Assembly: GCA_008632985.1 (NCBI GenBank)
Contig: QPGO01000031.1
Location: forward strand, 62,001 to 126,000
Length of the DNA stretch: 64,000 nt
Direction: 5' to 3'
Origin: Psammoneis japonica
Taxonomy: Eukaryota
The stretch's first letter is position 1. Each line of letters starts with the position of its first letter. Positions 22,901-33,599 of this stretch are shown here, piece by piece. The translations under genes were made by a program, and so were the position numbers. The notes beneath the pieces are model-generated. The model saw nothing but the letters and a program-made list of their open reading frames with translations. It made no database searches and was not told the origin of the DNA.

Positions 22901-25900
22901 GATAGCGAGGTATCACCAGAGCAAGATGAAAAGGATGGTCAAGAAAGCCAAGAGTTTTCCGAGGAGGAGGAGGATGTCGAAGATGACAGCTCTTCTAACG
23001 CTGGCTCCAGCGGTTGGTCAAGCGGCGACATGATGTCTGACGATGTAGATTCGAAGGAAGAGGGTGCTCAAGCATTACTTTCTGAGCAATCGGCTCTTGA
23101 TGGCGCGACATCGCGAACTATGCCCACTGGAGCAGGCGGTGGTGGAAGTGATGGCTTATCGGGAGGCGCTATAGCTGGAATTGCCGTAGGGGGTGCCGCT
23201 CTGGTTGGAGCAGCTGCGGTAGGCGCCGCTGCTCTACGAAAAAAGGACTCAGAAGAGAGCCAAAGCGAAGAAGAGCCAGGGAGTCTTGCATCTACAAGTC
23301 AATCGGACGAGGCTGATTCTCAAGTTGATTCCGAATCAGAATCACCGAGTGGCTCAGAATCAGAGTCACCGAGTGGCTCGGAATCAGAGTCACCAAGTGG
23401 CTCGGAATCCGTTTCACAAAGTGATTCAGAAGAGAGTGGGAGCTACAGCGAAGAAGAGTCAGGAAGCTGGGCTTCCGAAAGTCACCCCGAAGAACCCATG
23501 CAGGCCGCGTCAGTTGCGCCCAGATCGTACCCTGATGGTGGGGGAGGCGGCGGCGGAGGAGGAGGAGGTGGAGGAGGAGGAGGTGGAGGAGGAGGCGACG
23601 GTGGTTTATCGGGTGGTGCCATTGCTGGAAGCGCCGTTGGTGGTGCGGCTGTCGTAGGAGCCGCCGCTGTGGGAGTTGCTGCGTTACGTAAAAGCGATTC
23701 GGAAAGAAGTGACAGCATCAGCGAAGACGAATCTGGAAGTTTTGCTTCCACTAGTGAATCAGAAGCAGATACCATGGGCGTTTCAGAAGCTGATACTGGC
23801 GCCGCTGCTGCTGGTCCGGAAAGTGAATCAGAAGAAAGCGGAAGCTATAGCGACCAGTCTGGAAGTTGGGCGTCTGAAAGTCATCCAGATGAATCTATTC
23901 AGGATTCCGGGTTATCCGGGGGTGAGATTGCGGGTATAGCTGCAGGAGGCGCAGCTGGTGCCGGAGCTGCGGCTGTTGGTGCTGCTGCATTGCAAAGAAG
24001 TGATTCAGAAGAAAGTGAAAGCCAAAGTGTCAGTGAAGATGACTCGGGGAGCTTTGTTTCAACTAGTCAGTCGGAAAATGATGCTATGGGGGATTCGGAA
24101 GCGGATACGGGTGCCGCTGCTGCTGCACCACAAGGTGAATCAGAAGAAAGTGGAAGCTACAGCGACGAAGAATCAGGTAGTTGGGCTTCCGAGAGTCAAC
24201 CGGAGGAAATGGTAGAGGCGCAGGAGCCAATGCAAGTCGCATCAGCCGCTCCAAGAACAGTTCCCACTGGAGGAGGCGGAGGTGGCGGAGACGGTGGTTT
24301 ATCTGGAGGCGCCATTGCTGGTATTGCCGTTGGTGGAGCTGCTCTTGTCGGCGCCGCCGCTGTCGGTGCTGCTGCGTTACGCAAGAGTGATTCAGATAGA
24401 AGCCAAAGCCATAGCGAAGAAAGTGAAAGTGAGAGCGAAGACGAATCTGGGAGCTGGGCGAGTACCAGCGAATCAGAAGCGGATATAATGGGAGATCCGG
24501 ATGAAGTTCAACCTGAAGATGCTGATAAAGCCACAGCTGGCGGGGCAGTCCCAATAACCCCAACAAGTGAGTCTGACCAGGATTCTGAGCCAGATTTGGC
24601 GTCAGAGTCGGGAAGTGAATCGTACAGCCACGAATCCGAAGCTATGAGCGCCGAAGCGGAGTCAGTGTCTGAAGATGGTGCGAGTAGAGAACACGACGAA
24701 GATGAGTCGTCATACGAACCATCCGAATCAGAAGGAGACAGTGAGGGCTACATTGACGAGGACGCGGAAGAATCTCAATATGAAAGCCGATCGATGGATG
24801 TGGAAAGCTCAGAAGGAGTGGGTGACTGGCAGCAAGCCCCTGCAGTCCCTAGCGGAGGTGAAAGTGGTTTATCAGGAGGCGCCATTGCGGGGATAGCTGT
24901 CGGTGGTGCAGCGGCGGTAGGAGCCGCAGCTCTTGGCGCGGCTGCGCTGCGAAGACGTGATTCAGATGAAAGCGCCAGCGAGCACGAGGACGAAAGTATG
25001 GCGTCTAGTAGCCGCTCGGAAAACATGGTTTCAGATAGTGGGTCCGAAGGTTATGGCGATAGAGAGCGCAGCGTCGGTGAGGGGTCCACCTCTAAATCTG
25101 ATGTTACCGACAATACCTCAGATGCTCAGAAGCGAGCAGAATACCGCGCGGAGGTGGAAGCGTTGGTGAGAATTGTTGTTCCTGACGAAATCGAAAACGT
25201 GGATGTTGTCATGTCGCAGTTTCGTGGTCGCGAGGCAGAACTGGTGGCAACGTTGAGGACCATGCAGGAACGAACCATCACTCAACGTGCTCGTGCCGCC
25301 GTGCACAAAAGTAGGCACAAACCCGAGAGTAGACCAAGTAGAGGACCACTTGCAGCCCGAGGAGCATCGCCCTTTTCGAGTATTTCGGACAGTGGATCAG
25401 TGCACTCTCGCGGTTCTACTGCAGGCTCAGCGATTGTTGCAGCAGCCAGCGTTCCTCGGCCGTCGGCTCGACGGCCATCAGCGAACGATCCGAGTGCAGA
25501 GTCCTTCTTCTCGGAATCAGTATTTACAAATGACAGCTACAGCTATCCTGAGGGGTCCGAGAACAGATCCACGTTCCGAAGTGTTAGCAGCGGAAGTGAG
25601 GGAGTTCTCGGACGACTGAACGTGACAGACAGCGAGAGTGATAGCGAAACAGACAGTAGCGAGGACAGCAGTGAGAGTTCCACTGGAGACTACATTCCTC
25701 AGACAATGAGAGAAGGCGGTAGTATAAGTGAAGAAGACGAAAGTGAATCTGCCTCCGGGAGCGGGTACAGCCCGGGGCGAAAGAAAGGCAGTAGTAGTGA
25801 GTCTGACAGCAATCCCAGTGACTACTTACAGCAAGAAAGTTCAGGATCCACTGGTTTGAAATCAGAGGTGATCAGTGAAGTAACACCTAGCTCGGTGTCA

Positions 25901-25990
25901 GATCCCAGCGGCAATTCGACGATACCAAGCGAGCAAAGTGGGGCGATGAGCTTTGAAGGTTTGAATGATCGGTGGTCAAGCACTCGATAG
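19952..25990 (+). CDS. about 2,000-aa membrane glycoprotein: signal peptide, 3 EF-hand-like Cys repeats, Pro/Ser mucin stalk, TM helix, acidic Ser-rich region with 5 Gly/Ala hydrophobic repeats, small C-terminal helical domain
   Basis: Uninterrupted 6-kb ORF; likely start at ATG 19988 or 20087 (MTLLLAILPTVVISSG). Motifs DVNQDNEIDKTEY, DENNDSLIDQTEY, PDGLIDREEY, APSxSPS repeats, GLSTGIIIGLVFLGLGG and GLSGGAIAGIAVGG x5. Confidence 0.9.
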   Translation: MHNQKRNNIQQKMSSFHGTMWQCLAGCNQRTRRRCRFGRRSFAVTMTLLLAILPTVVISSGANRPKDLICYDYFAIADVNQDNEIDKTEYLNAVKALSDGYFNDLDAFEELPPIMLETFHDLACQCPGADGDVSCCTNGEDREATINIFGMKDGQSASQQQIQHVRNVCSETRGTLTATTLDAKYLVPRTGSRAAPRIAPVREPLSSPRLSDTDQMDITKRRRLQEASPECKSTLALSDENNDSLIDQTEYIFLVNLLSNNEWSDVTEFSGLPTILQDNFAALAEGTPPAINVSGASGTENADDDQELFLQRVCDDTNEAVIDAIEANPTEPSPAPVSQPTVSIFGCYARMALADQIRPDGLIDREEYVIFVNSFVVGANPWQGFQFTELPPILQANFISLAGPAVTDTIDTFGSRPGQDPSPEQEEYLEQVCVQTQEAVDIALTPTPPPVTPPPDTPTIAPSPAPSSSPSQTEPTIAPSVSPTGTGPTVSPTAEPTASPSFSPSSSPSFAPSPSPSFAPSPSPSFAPSPSASISPAPTDFAPSVSPTSTPSAQPSPSPSDAPSARPSSSPSDIQPSSPPALLPSAAPSISAAPSIAGLTPSAVPSLAPSRSVAPSQSNIAAVFSPFVISNTEGLTAAGLEALPFYDQLGLAYNLTAAQVVKLSPYGGMRILFLRGSVERKDVGSGRRLVVDFVSSEIGPLIDAQCPEGTPSGTLCQNVPLANFAVDLTNEETDRETVVDDLQTAMFAAIDNGDLQMNLDMINSNNPINVVEGARPDPTPPPVMAPTAAPDSNGGDDGLSTGIIIGLVFLGLGGATLLAVGGHQIYKRYGKPPRRESQLMESQKYPDDDMGSDIDDDLSQFKKNETDSVGWSKTGDESAAAAAAAAAGDSESQSSSEGESSYESSEDDSTVQSAQYSTEGDDNESPEEGDTSDEDDSEEETGSSEYESDSEDEEGSGEGGEGNAGSDEDSFAGDSSDEYISEDDSEVSPEQDEKDGQESQEFSEEEEDVEDDSSSNAGSSGWSSGDMMSDDVDSKEEGAQALLSEQSALDGATSRTMPTGAGGGGSDGLSGGAIAGIAVGGAALVGAAAVGAAALRKKDSEESQSEEEPGSLASTSQSDEADSQVDSESESPSGSESESPSGSESESPSGSESVSQSDSEESGSYSEEESGSWASESHPEEPMQAASVAPRSYPDGGGGGGGGGGGGGGGGGGGGDGGLSGGAIAGSAVGGAAVVGAAAVGVAALRKSDSERSDSISEDESGSFASTSESEADTMGVSEADTGAAAAGPESESEESGSYSDQSGSWASESHPDESIQDSGLSGGEIAGIAAGGAAGAGAAAVGAAALQRSDSEESESQSVSEDDSGSFVSTSQSENDAMGDSEADTGAAAAAPQGESEESGSYSDEESGSWASESQPEEMVEAQEPMQVASAAPRTVPTGGGGGGGDGGLSGGAIAGIAVGGAALVGAAAVGAAALRKSDSDRSQSHSEESESESEDESGSWASTSESEADIMGDPDEVQPEDADKATAGGAVPITPTSESDQDSEPDLASESGSESYSHESEAMSAEAESVSEDGASREHDEDESSYEPSESEGDSEGYIDEDAEESQYESRSMDVESSEGVGDWQQAPAVPSGGESGLSGGAIAGIAVGGAAAVGAAALGAAALRRRDSDESASEHEDESMASSSRSENMVSDSGSEGYGDRERSVGEGSTSKSDVTDNTSDAQKRAEYRAEVEALVRIVVPDEIENVDVVMSQFRGREAELVATLRTMQERTITQRARAAVHKSRHKPESRPSRGPLAARGASPFSSISDSGSVHSRGSTAGSAIVAAASVPRPSARRPSANDPSAESFFSESVFTNDSYSYPEGSENRSTFRSVSSGSEGVLGRLNVTDSESDSETDSSEDSSESSTGDYIPQTMREGGSISEEDESESASGSGYSPGRKKGSSSESDSNPSDYLQQESSGSTGLKSEVISEVTPSSVSDPSGNSTIPSEQSGAMSFEGLNDRWSSTR

Positions 25991-26375
25991 CCGCAAACGC
26001 AACCCCCCTTCATCCAGACCTACCGTACATTTTGGTTCAACAAGTGCTAGTCTAGTTAAGAAATGCAGAAGGGGTTAAACGTAGTTTTAAAAGTTAATAA
26101 GTCGGTATGTGTGTACGCTAAAACGCAAAACACTGGGTGTGAAACAAAGCTCACACCGCCCCCCCCGCCGTCACGCTGGAAAATCTTTAGAGACGATTTA
26201 TACGTGAAAGTATTACGGCAATCGTCGTAGAAAAGACATTTGAAAAAAGATTGTGAGGCTCGTGCTTTTGCTCGAGAGCACAACGACAGCAACAAACAAC
26301 ACGACGGCTGATATCTTTCACAACTCACAACCCTGGTGTATGGTATTGCCAACAGCCACAGCAGCACGCTTTACG

Positions 26376-28397
26376 ATGAGCACCAACGAGAACTCCTCTA
26401 CTCTAACTGCTGAAAATGCTTCACCACCACCGAAAGCAGCAGCGATAACATCGGCAACCAAGACGCCAGAACCGTCTCAGAAGCCCGTTGCAGATGTCCA
26501 TGTCATGGAGAAGCCGAGCCCAGACGACGTCTCTCTTCCACGCATCAAGCCTCAATCGGCTATAAGGGACAAATTTGGCCTTACGAATACGTCGCAAACG
26601 GCGAAAGAGCCGAGTGTGTCTAAGACGGCCAGTACTACCGGCCCTACCGGTACCGCTGGTACTCCAAAGACGATCGTTCAAAATTCAGCTGAGTCTGCTG
26701 CAGGGGCGATGGTTGCTGCTGCACTTTCGAATTATGTTAGCACAACTACCGCTGAACCTGAGATCATAGCAGTGAAGGCACCGGCTACAAAATCAGACAA
26801 TGCAGAAATTGCTCCCATGGAAGAAAAAGAGAAAGCACCGGCTGCAAAAGCGGACAAAGCAGAAACTGCTCCGGCGAAAGAAAGCGAGTCTACCGTTGTG
26901 CCTGTCTCCACGGCGGCGAAAGCACCAGCCGCAATATCAGACTTGGCAGAAATTGCCCCCGCAAAAGAAAGCGAGTCTACCTTCGCGCCTGAGTCCATGG
27001 CGGCGAAGGCACCAGCCGCAATATCAGACGGTGCAGGAAGTGCTCCAGCAAAAGAAAACGAGTCGTCTACGGTTGCGCCTGAGTCCAACGCGGCGAAGGC
27101 ACCAGCGGCAAAAGCGGACAAACCACAAATTGCTCCAGCAAAGGAAAGCGAGTCCACCGCTGTACCTGAATCCATGGCGGCGAAGGCACCAGCCGCGAAA
27201 GCGGACAAACCAGAAATTGCTCCAGCAAAAGAAAGCGAGTCCACCGGTGCGCCTGAGTCCATGGCGACGAAGGCACCAGCCGAGAAATCAGGCAGTGCAG
27301 AAATTGCTCCCGCAAAAGAAAGCGAGTCCACCGGTGCGCCTGCGTCCATGGCGACGAAGGCACCAGCCAGTGCAGGATCTGCTCTAGCAAAGGAAAGCGA
27401 GTCTACCGTGGCGCCTGAGTCCATGGCGGCGAAGGGACCAGCCACGAAATCAGACAAGGCAGAAATTGCTCCAGCAAGAGAAAACGAGTCGTCTACCTTG
27501 GCGCCCGAGTCCATACCGGCGAAGGCACCAGCTGCGAAATCAGACAGTGCAGGAACTGCTCCAGCAAAAGAAAGCGAGTCTGCCGCTGCGCCTGAGTCCA
27601 TGGTGGCGAAGGCACCAGCCGCGAAATCAGACAGTGCAGAGATTGCTCCCGCAAAAGGGAGTGAGTCTGCAGCTGCGGCTGAGACCATGGCGGCAAAGAA
27701 GCCAGCTGCAAAATCGGATAAAGCAGATCCTACTCACTCAAAAGAAACAATTACTGCTACCGTGTCGTCGCCCGCTGGCAAATCTCGTAAGCGTAAAAAG
27801 CAAGGTACGTGTGCCATTCAGATTGTTTTGGCGGTTCTGCTTAATTTCTCAGAATTACTCATGAGAGCTCTGTTTATATTTGATAAAGTTGCTTCTAAGT
27901 CCGTTCTTACTGGAAAGGTAGAAACAGACACGACCATGCGAAATGAGTTGAGTGGGTCTTCCAAGAAAAAGAAGCAGAAAACGTCGCATGATGGTGCCGC
28001 AGAAGCCGGTAAGAAAAAGAAGAAAAACAAAAAAGTGGCACACAAGTCGGTTTCTATGAAGTCGGACAAAAAGAAGGCGAAGGTTAAGAAACCATCTCCT
28101 CCAGCTAAACCAGCCAAGAAGTCCATTTCTCCAAACGGTCGTCCAAAAGCCAAGGAGATTGAGAGTGGACCGCCAACTGAAGTTCTGCCTGGTGGATTAA
28201 CCTGGCCAGAGGGTTGGATTCGCCAAACGGTTCTACGCGTTTCGGGTGCAACCAAGGGCACAACTGACAAGTACTGGTACTCGCCACAGACGAACAGGAA
28301 GTTTCGTTCCATGGTACAAGTCGCCAAATTCTTAAAAGCGTTACAGACGACAGGAGGCGACGAAAAAAAGGCGTGGGAGGTTATGAAGTCGGGTTGA
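26376..28397 (+). CDS. methyl-CpG-binding-domain (MBD) protein with Ala/Lys/Pro/Glu tandem repeats and a Lys-rich basic tract; possible in-frame intron 27805-27888
   Basis: The C-terminus WPEGWIRQTVLRVSGATKGTTDKYWYSPQTNRKFRSMVQVAKFL fits the MBD consensus (GW.R...R.SG...D.YY.SP.G.KFRS). Confidence 0.85.
   Translation: MSTNENSSTLTAENASPPPKAAAITSATKTPEPSQKPVADVHVMEKPSPDDVSLPRIKPQSAIRDKFGLTNTSQTAKEPSVSKTASTTGPTGTAGTPKTIVQNSAESAAGAMVAAALSNYVSTTTAEPEIIAVKAPATKSDNAEIAPMEEKEKAPAAKADKAETAPAKESESTVVPVSTAAKAPAAISDLAEIAPAKESESTFAPESMAAKAPAAISDGAGSAPAKENESSTVAPESNAAKAPAAKADKPQIAPAKESESTAVPESMAAKAPAAKADKPEIAPAKESESTGAPESMATKAPAEKSGSAEIAPAKESESTGAPASMATKAPASAGSALAKESESTVAPESMAAKGPATKSDKAEIAPARENESSTLAPESIPAKAPAAKSDSAGTAPAKESESAAAPESMVAKAPAAKSDSAEIAPAKGSESAAAAETMAAKKPAAKSDKADPTHSKETITATVSSPAGKSRKRKKQGTCAIQIVLAVLLNFSELLMRALFIFDKVASKSVLTGKVETDTTMRNELSGSSKKKKQKTSHDGAAEAGKKKKKNKKVAHKSVSMKSDKKKAKVKKPSPPAKPAKKSISPNGRPKAKEIESGPPTEVLPGGLTWPEGWIRQTVLRVSGATKGTTDKYWYSPQTNRKFRSMVQVAKFLKALQTTGGDEKKAWEVMKSG
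26770..27725 (+). repeat. coding minisatellite, about 10 units of roughly 90 bp (AKAPAAKSDxAEIAPAKESESTxAPESMA)
   Basis: Repeated gcgaaggcaccagc...gctccagcaaaagaaagcgagtc units. Confidence 0.9.
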
Positions 28398-28483
28398 TTG
28401 AGGGATACAGTGTCGGTAGCGGAGAAAGGAAACTAGAGAATTTAATTGCATTGTAGGCTGTCAGTTAAATCAAAATGTCTCTG

Positions 28484-30067
28484 TTAGTCCTCTGCTGGTT
28501 TGGAATCATTATTTGTTTTGTTCTCGTTCGACTTTGCGGCAAGCTTGACCATTGCTTGAGGTACACCGATTCCAACAAGCAAAACGTGGGCCACAATCGG
28601 ACAAAGCAGGAGCGGCACGAATCCTAGAGCGTCCAGATTGAACGTGGACAACCCCACCACCATCATGGCCAATGGCATAGGTGTAATCGCCGATGCCATG
28701 GCAACTAAGGAACAAGCCATCCCAACCGCCCACGAAGCGTCTGTAATGTTAACAAAGACACGCCCCATCATGGTTGAAGAAATCAGGAGGGGGAAGAACA
28801 AGCCACCGACAAAGCCACACTCAGCACTGATCCAGTATGTTAGCATCTTGACAAACGCGCTCGCAACAAGAATGCTGTTTCCGTATTTGCCTCCATGAAC
28901 AACAACGGCTCCGATCTGATAACTTCCGTCACCCACCGTCAGCGGAAACAAGTACCCAAGCGTTCCTACCAAGGCACCTCCAAAAGTACCCATGAATACA
29001 GTTACGATTTTCGCGTCCAGCTTTGCCGTCAACGCGGATCGCAGCTTTGCCGCAGTCTTCTTGACAAGAGCAGCAACAATAAAATATGCTAAGGCGAGAC
29101 ACGACCCCATTACACCAAGTCCCATAGCGGTCGCAATATCGTTATTGCTGTATCTATGCAAGAATCCAGGAGAAGGCGTTGCCGACGGAAGATAGGTGTT
29201 GTCTTCCAGCGCCCGATATACGAGAAAACTGATGGTCCCAGCAAACGTTAATATTCCAATTGTCCGCATGTACGCCATGCCGTGTCGACTCCTGAGCTCT
29301 TCAAAGCCGATCAATTCAAGACAAAGAAGGATGCTAGCAGCGGGAGAGGGGAGAAAAGAAGAGAATGCAGAAGCGAAACCTGACAAAACGAGGAGCTTTG
29401 ATCGAATTTGATGCTGCTCTTCCTGTTGCTTAGATTCATCCTCATTGTTTGAGTCAGTCATGTCATTTCGAATTGTTTTTTCTCTTACCCACTTGCATAT
29501 ACTTTTGACCGGAATTGACCAATAATGTGCAATAACTCCACAAGAAGCTCCCAATCCAGCTTCTGGACCGACCGAGGCGCCACCCATGAGCGACAAGAGG
29601 CACAGGATGCACACCTTGACACCCTCGCGAGGATTAGAATGAAGAGTCGATAGTTCTTCAATAAAAGATGCGTATTCGTCCAAATGAAACACATATGCCC
29701 GCAGGAAACCAACCACTAGCCCCGCTGCAGTGCCAATGGCAATCCAGAGCGGCTTTCCCGCAGCAAACTGAACCGTGTCCGGATCTTTCGGATAGTTTTC
29801 ATTTCCGTCATATGACATCCAGAGCTTTGGTACTTCATACACAATGTTTAAATATCCCAGAGAAAACAAGCCAATTATTGCCGACTGGAGCCCAATACAA
29901 AGTAGTTCAACGTAGTAGTCAAAGGGAGGTGTTGGAGAAGCATAGGGCTTTCCAAAAAAGTTCGCTGGAGTAGAAGACTGGTCGTTCTCGTCATTTTCTT
30001 CATCTACATCATTTTCGACTTGCGCCCCTTCAAGCTCATCAATACTCTTCTCAATAACGTCCGACAT
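28484..30067 (-). CDS. CLC (voltage-gated chloride channel) family protein, YfeO-like, without CBS domains
   Basis: 527 aa with many TM helices and the CLC motifs GASVGPEAG and GFVGGLFFP. Confidence 0.88.
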   Translation of the reverse strand: MSDVIEKSIDELEGAQVENDVDEENDENDQSSTPANFFGKPYASPTPPFDYYVELLCIGLQSAIIGLFSLGYLNIVYEVPKLWMSYDGNENYPKDPDTVQFAAGKPLWIAIGTAAGLVVGFLRAYVFHLDEYASFIEELSTLHSNPREGVKVCILCLLSLMGGASVGPEAGLGASCGVIAHYWSIPVKSICKWVREKTIRNDMTDSNNEDESKQQEEQHQIRSKLLVLSGFASAFSSFLPSPAASILLCLELIGFEELRSRHGMAYMRTIGILTFAGTISFLVYRALEDNTYLPSATPSPGFLHRYSNNDIATAMGLGVMGSCLALAYFIVAALVKKTAAKLRSALTAKLDAKIVTVFMGTFGGALVGTLGYLFPLTVGDGSYQIGAVVVHGGKYGNSILVASAFVKMLTYWISAECGFVGGLFFPLLISSTMMGRVFVNITDASWAVGMACSLVAMASAITPMPLAMMVVGLSTFNLDALGFVPLLLCPIVAHVLLVGIGVPQAMVKLAAKSNENKTNNDSKPAED

Positions 30068-32794
30068 GCTGCTTGCGATTATTCGTGTTCATCGCCATTT
30101 TGCATTTTGCTGCAATACGGGACATTGGCACAGGTGACATTGGCAGAGGTGACATTTTGTAGTGAGGCACGATCGATGCTGTAGGCACGATCCGCACTGT
30201 CCTTGCGCGGTCCCCGCCACAGTGCGGCCTCTTGACTTCTGCAATCCTCCGATGGGACAGTTGAACACTGTCAGTTCAGTGAAGGACACAGTCCGCCCTT
30301 GCACATCTTGCATTTCGCAGGAAGAAAAGATGACATTGTGTTGTCATCTCAACAACACAGAACAGTGGAGACCAAGAACCAGGCTGCTGGCAGAATGGCC
30401 CAGCAGCCCAAGTCCAAAGCCCACCACCCTCAGTCACTGCCAGCAGTGGTGCTGCACCCTGCTCCACCTCACGGCAATGCTCAGGTTGTTCCCAGGAGCT
30501 GGTGCAGGCTGGCAGAGTGAAGGATGGCAGCTGGGGCAGGAGGAGGAGAGGGGGGAGCACCACTGTCACCTCCACAGCCACCAGCCATTGCACAGCAGGC
30601 GCTCCAAAGGTGCGGCAGTGCTGCGACATTCAACCAACACAATGTGCACTGTCCCTGTCACCACCCTCAAGATTTGTCATCTTTTTGCTCAACATCTGGG
30701 GAACATTTGAGAGGGTTTTTGGACCTGTGTGCCAAGGACTTGATTCACAAATGTCCAAGCCACCCAGCACTTCTCACCAGGCTGCTGCAGCGACACCTGC
30801 AAGCAGAGATCCTGTGTTGGATTTGTCAGCAGAACACTTTGCTCAGCCCATCAAGTTGTGCCCAGTGTGTGCCTCATGGCAACTGTGCATGTGCCTGGTG
30901 TGTGCATTTCCCAAGTCATCCCTTGTGCCCTTGAGATGTTGCCAAAGCCATTTGAGCACCTGTTTGCCCATCGCATGCTCCTTCTTGGGATCTGCTGTGA
31001 AGCATGAGTGCTGCTGAGTGGTGCATGCAATGTCGACACTCCCTGCAGGCAGAGATGCACCTTGCAAAACCAACAGCTGTGGCCACCTTTGCCAATTGAA
31101 GATGTGGCTTGATGGATGAGGAGCTGAGCAAGCAAAATGTCTGGAGAGACACACAATTGTTCTTGCAGGTTTTTGTGAGCATTGCTGTGTTTGTGCAGCA
31201 GCCACAGTGGCAACTGCCCTCTCTCACCTCCACAAGGAAGGCAAAGCATTGTCCAGGGGAGCAAAAATCCCATCTGGCACCCTCCACATCTTCTGCCAGT
31301 GCAGGCACACTGCCAGCACACCTGTTGCTGTCTCACACCCTTTGTGCACAGCAGAGGTGCTCTCAAGAGCAGCGCCAGCCACAGCCCCCACAAGCCTGCT
31401 GAGGAACACGCTCACTTGGGCAGCAGAGCAAAACAGCTGGTTTTGCTTGAGTCGACAGACAAGGGAGCTCTGGGTTGTTTTTTCATGTGCTCTGTGTCTG
31501 ATCCTGGCTGAAACTGCCAGTGCCCCTCAACAGCCATTGTTGGTGCCCCTGTGCTGCTGTTGCCAACCACACCTCTGTTGTGGGTTTGACAGCACCACAC
31601 ACCAGCCCAATGCACCCTGTCAAGTCTGTGCATTTTGGGTGAACCTTGAACTGCAACCTCCACCAGACACTCATGGCCAGTGCACCTCAATGCCAGGTCT
31701 GTCCAGCAAAAGCGGGCTTCTTGTTGGTTGTTGGTCAACGGTTTTTGTTGCAGAGTTGTTGTGTGGCCCCATCATGTTCACACCTTCTTTCCACCCCAAC
31801 ATGCCTTCCCATGGGGGCTGGGCAAACCCACCCCAAATCTTTGCACTGCTGCTGAAACCTTTGAAGCCTTGGCCAGCACCACCACTGTCCATGGCAGCAT
31901 GCCCCTGGGACACCCTCTGGAGTGACTGTGAGTCAACCATCCAAACACCAGACGACACCACCACATCATTGCCTGTCACTGCACAATGCTTTTCATGTGC
32001 CAGCAAAGATGCCTGACCCTCATTTGTGATGGCAATGCCCCCTGCCTCAGCTGTTGATGTCCAGGCACACTGGGCTGGCAGTGCAAGGGTTCTCTGCAAC
32101 CTCCATCAAAAACAACTCTGAGTTGCTCAAACATCCTCATGCCTGCCAAAACAACAACACCATTTCATGACACTGGCTCATGTGGCTGCATTCTGCCCCC
32201 CCCCCCCTCAACAGAGCAGATGATGTCTCTTGTTTCAAGCAAGGGCCTTTCAAACACTGGCTTCCTCAAACATTTCTTGAGCACCACTTGCCCAGCAAGC
32301 AAATGTCCTGGCACATTGTGACCCTTCTCCACCCAAACTTTGTTCTGCTCTCTGTGCTGCACAATGTGCTGCTCAACAACATGGCATCACTGCCTCTTGA
32401 GCTGCCACCAAAACTCCCTCCATTTTGGACCTGGTGGCAATGTTCTGCTCTGAGTTGGTCATGTCAGTCCACTTCTCTCAAAGACAATGAAGAGCCTGCT
32501 GTGCTCATTCAAGTCTTTCTTCAATGACACAGAAATGGAGAGCAGCTTCCCTGATTTGTCATCCATGGATGCACCGCCAAGGATGCTCTGCAGCCAGTTG
32601 GCCAAATTTTTGCTGCAACAGAGTTCCCAGACCCACGTCTCACACCCCAGATGATGAAATGGATTTCCACCTCACTCGCCAACTTCTCAATTTTTCAACA
32701 AGAAAAAAAAGAGCCAACTTGCTGACCACATCAAAGTGCCCCCTGTGTGACATGTGATCATCCATTGGACAATGCATGCAGCTGCAGCCAGTTG

Positions 32795-32799
32795 CCCCC

Positions 32800-32830
<31 letters not shown>

Positions 32831-32840
32831 ACACACACAC
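32795..32840. repeat. poly-C run followed by a (CA)n microsatellite
   Basis: About 22 C followed by about 12 CA/AC units. Confidence 0.9.
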
Positions 32841-33599
32841 CCAGCACCAAAGGCACCACTGACATGACTGCCACTGTGTCTTCTTTGTGACATGGCCTGC
32901 CTTTGGACACCACTCCATTCTGCTGCCTTGCCACAATGCATTTGTTGTTTGTGGGCTGTCCTCCAGCAGCAACATCTTCTGTTTGGATGTTTGAGAGGGG
33001 CTGCCAATGCTCAAGAAACTTGACAACCCCACTTTTCTATCTGCTGCTTTGTTGACCATGCAAAAGAACAGCATTTGTGGCAAAGGCACTGGCCTTGGCT
33101 GCTTGCACCACCCTCTGTCTTGTGCTCTGTCATTTGAGTCTGCCAAGGACTGCAGGCACCTCATCACCCAACACCTGTTGGAGTGTCAAGCCACGGCTCG
33201 CCAACTGGCACATGCTTGTCTGACTGACCCCAAACTCACCACACAGCTTGCAAGCATGTTCCCAACAGCTGCCATTGACTGCCACTGCTGTCATGTTGAC
33301 TGGGCGCAGAAGCCAAAAAGTGAGCACAAGACCTCACCAACAACTCAACAAGAGCCACAAACACAAATTCATCATGTCGTCAACAATTGTCAGTGTGTCC
33401 TGTGTCCTGTGTGAAAAATTGTCTGTCTGTCATGCAAAAACTGCCTCACACCTTGATGTTCCAACACACTCCTTCACACAAGCCATCAATTGATTGGCCT
33501 CATGTGCCACTGACTGCAGGAGGTGGAAACCATGCCAGCCAACCAATCATGCCACTTTGACTGCTTCACCAATCAATGTGGACAACATCATCTGACTCC

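Noticed and set aside
26732..27688. 318-aa antisense ORF
   Set aside because: Shadow of the coding minisatellite on the + strand.
26770..27725. CRISPR-like array
   Set aside because: The units are in-frame coding repeats without unique spacers, the context is eukaryotic and there are no cas genes.
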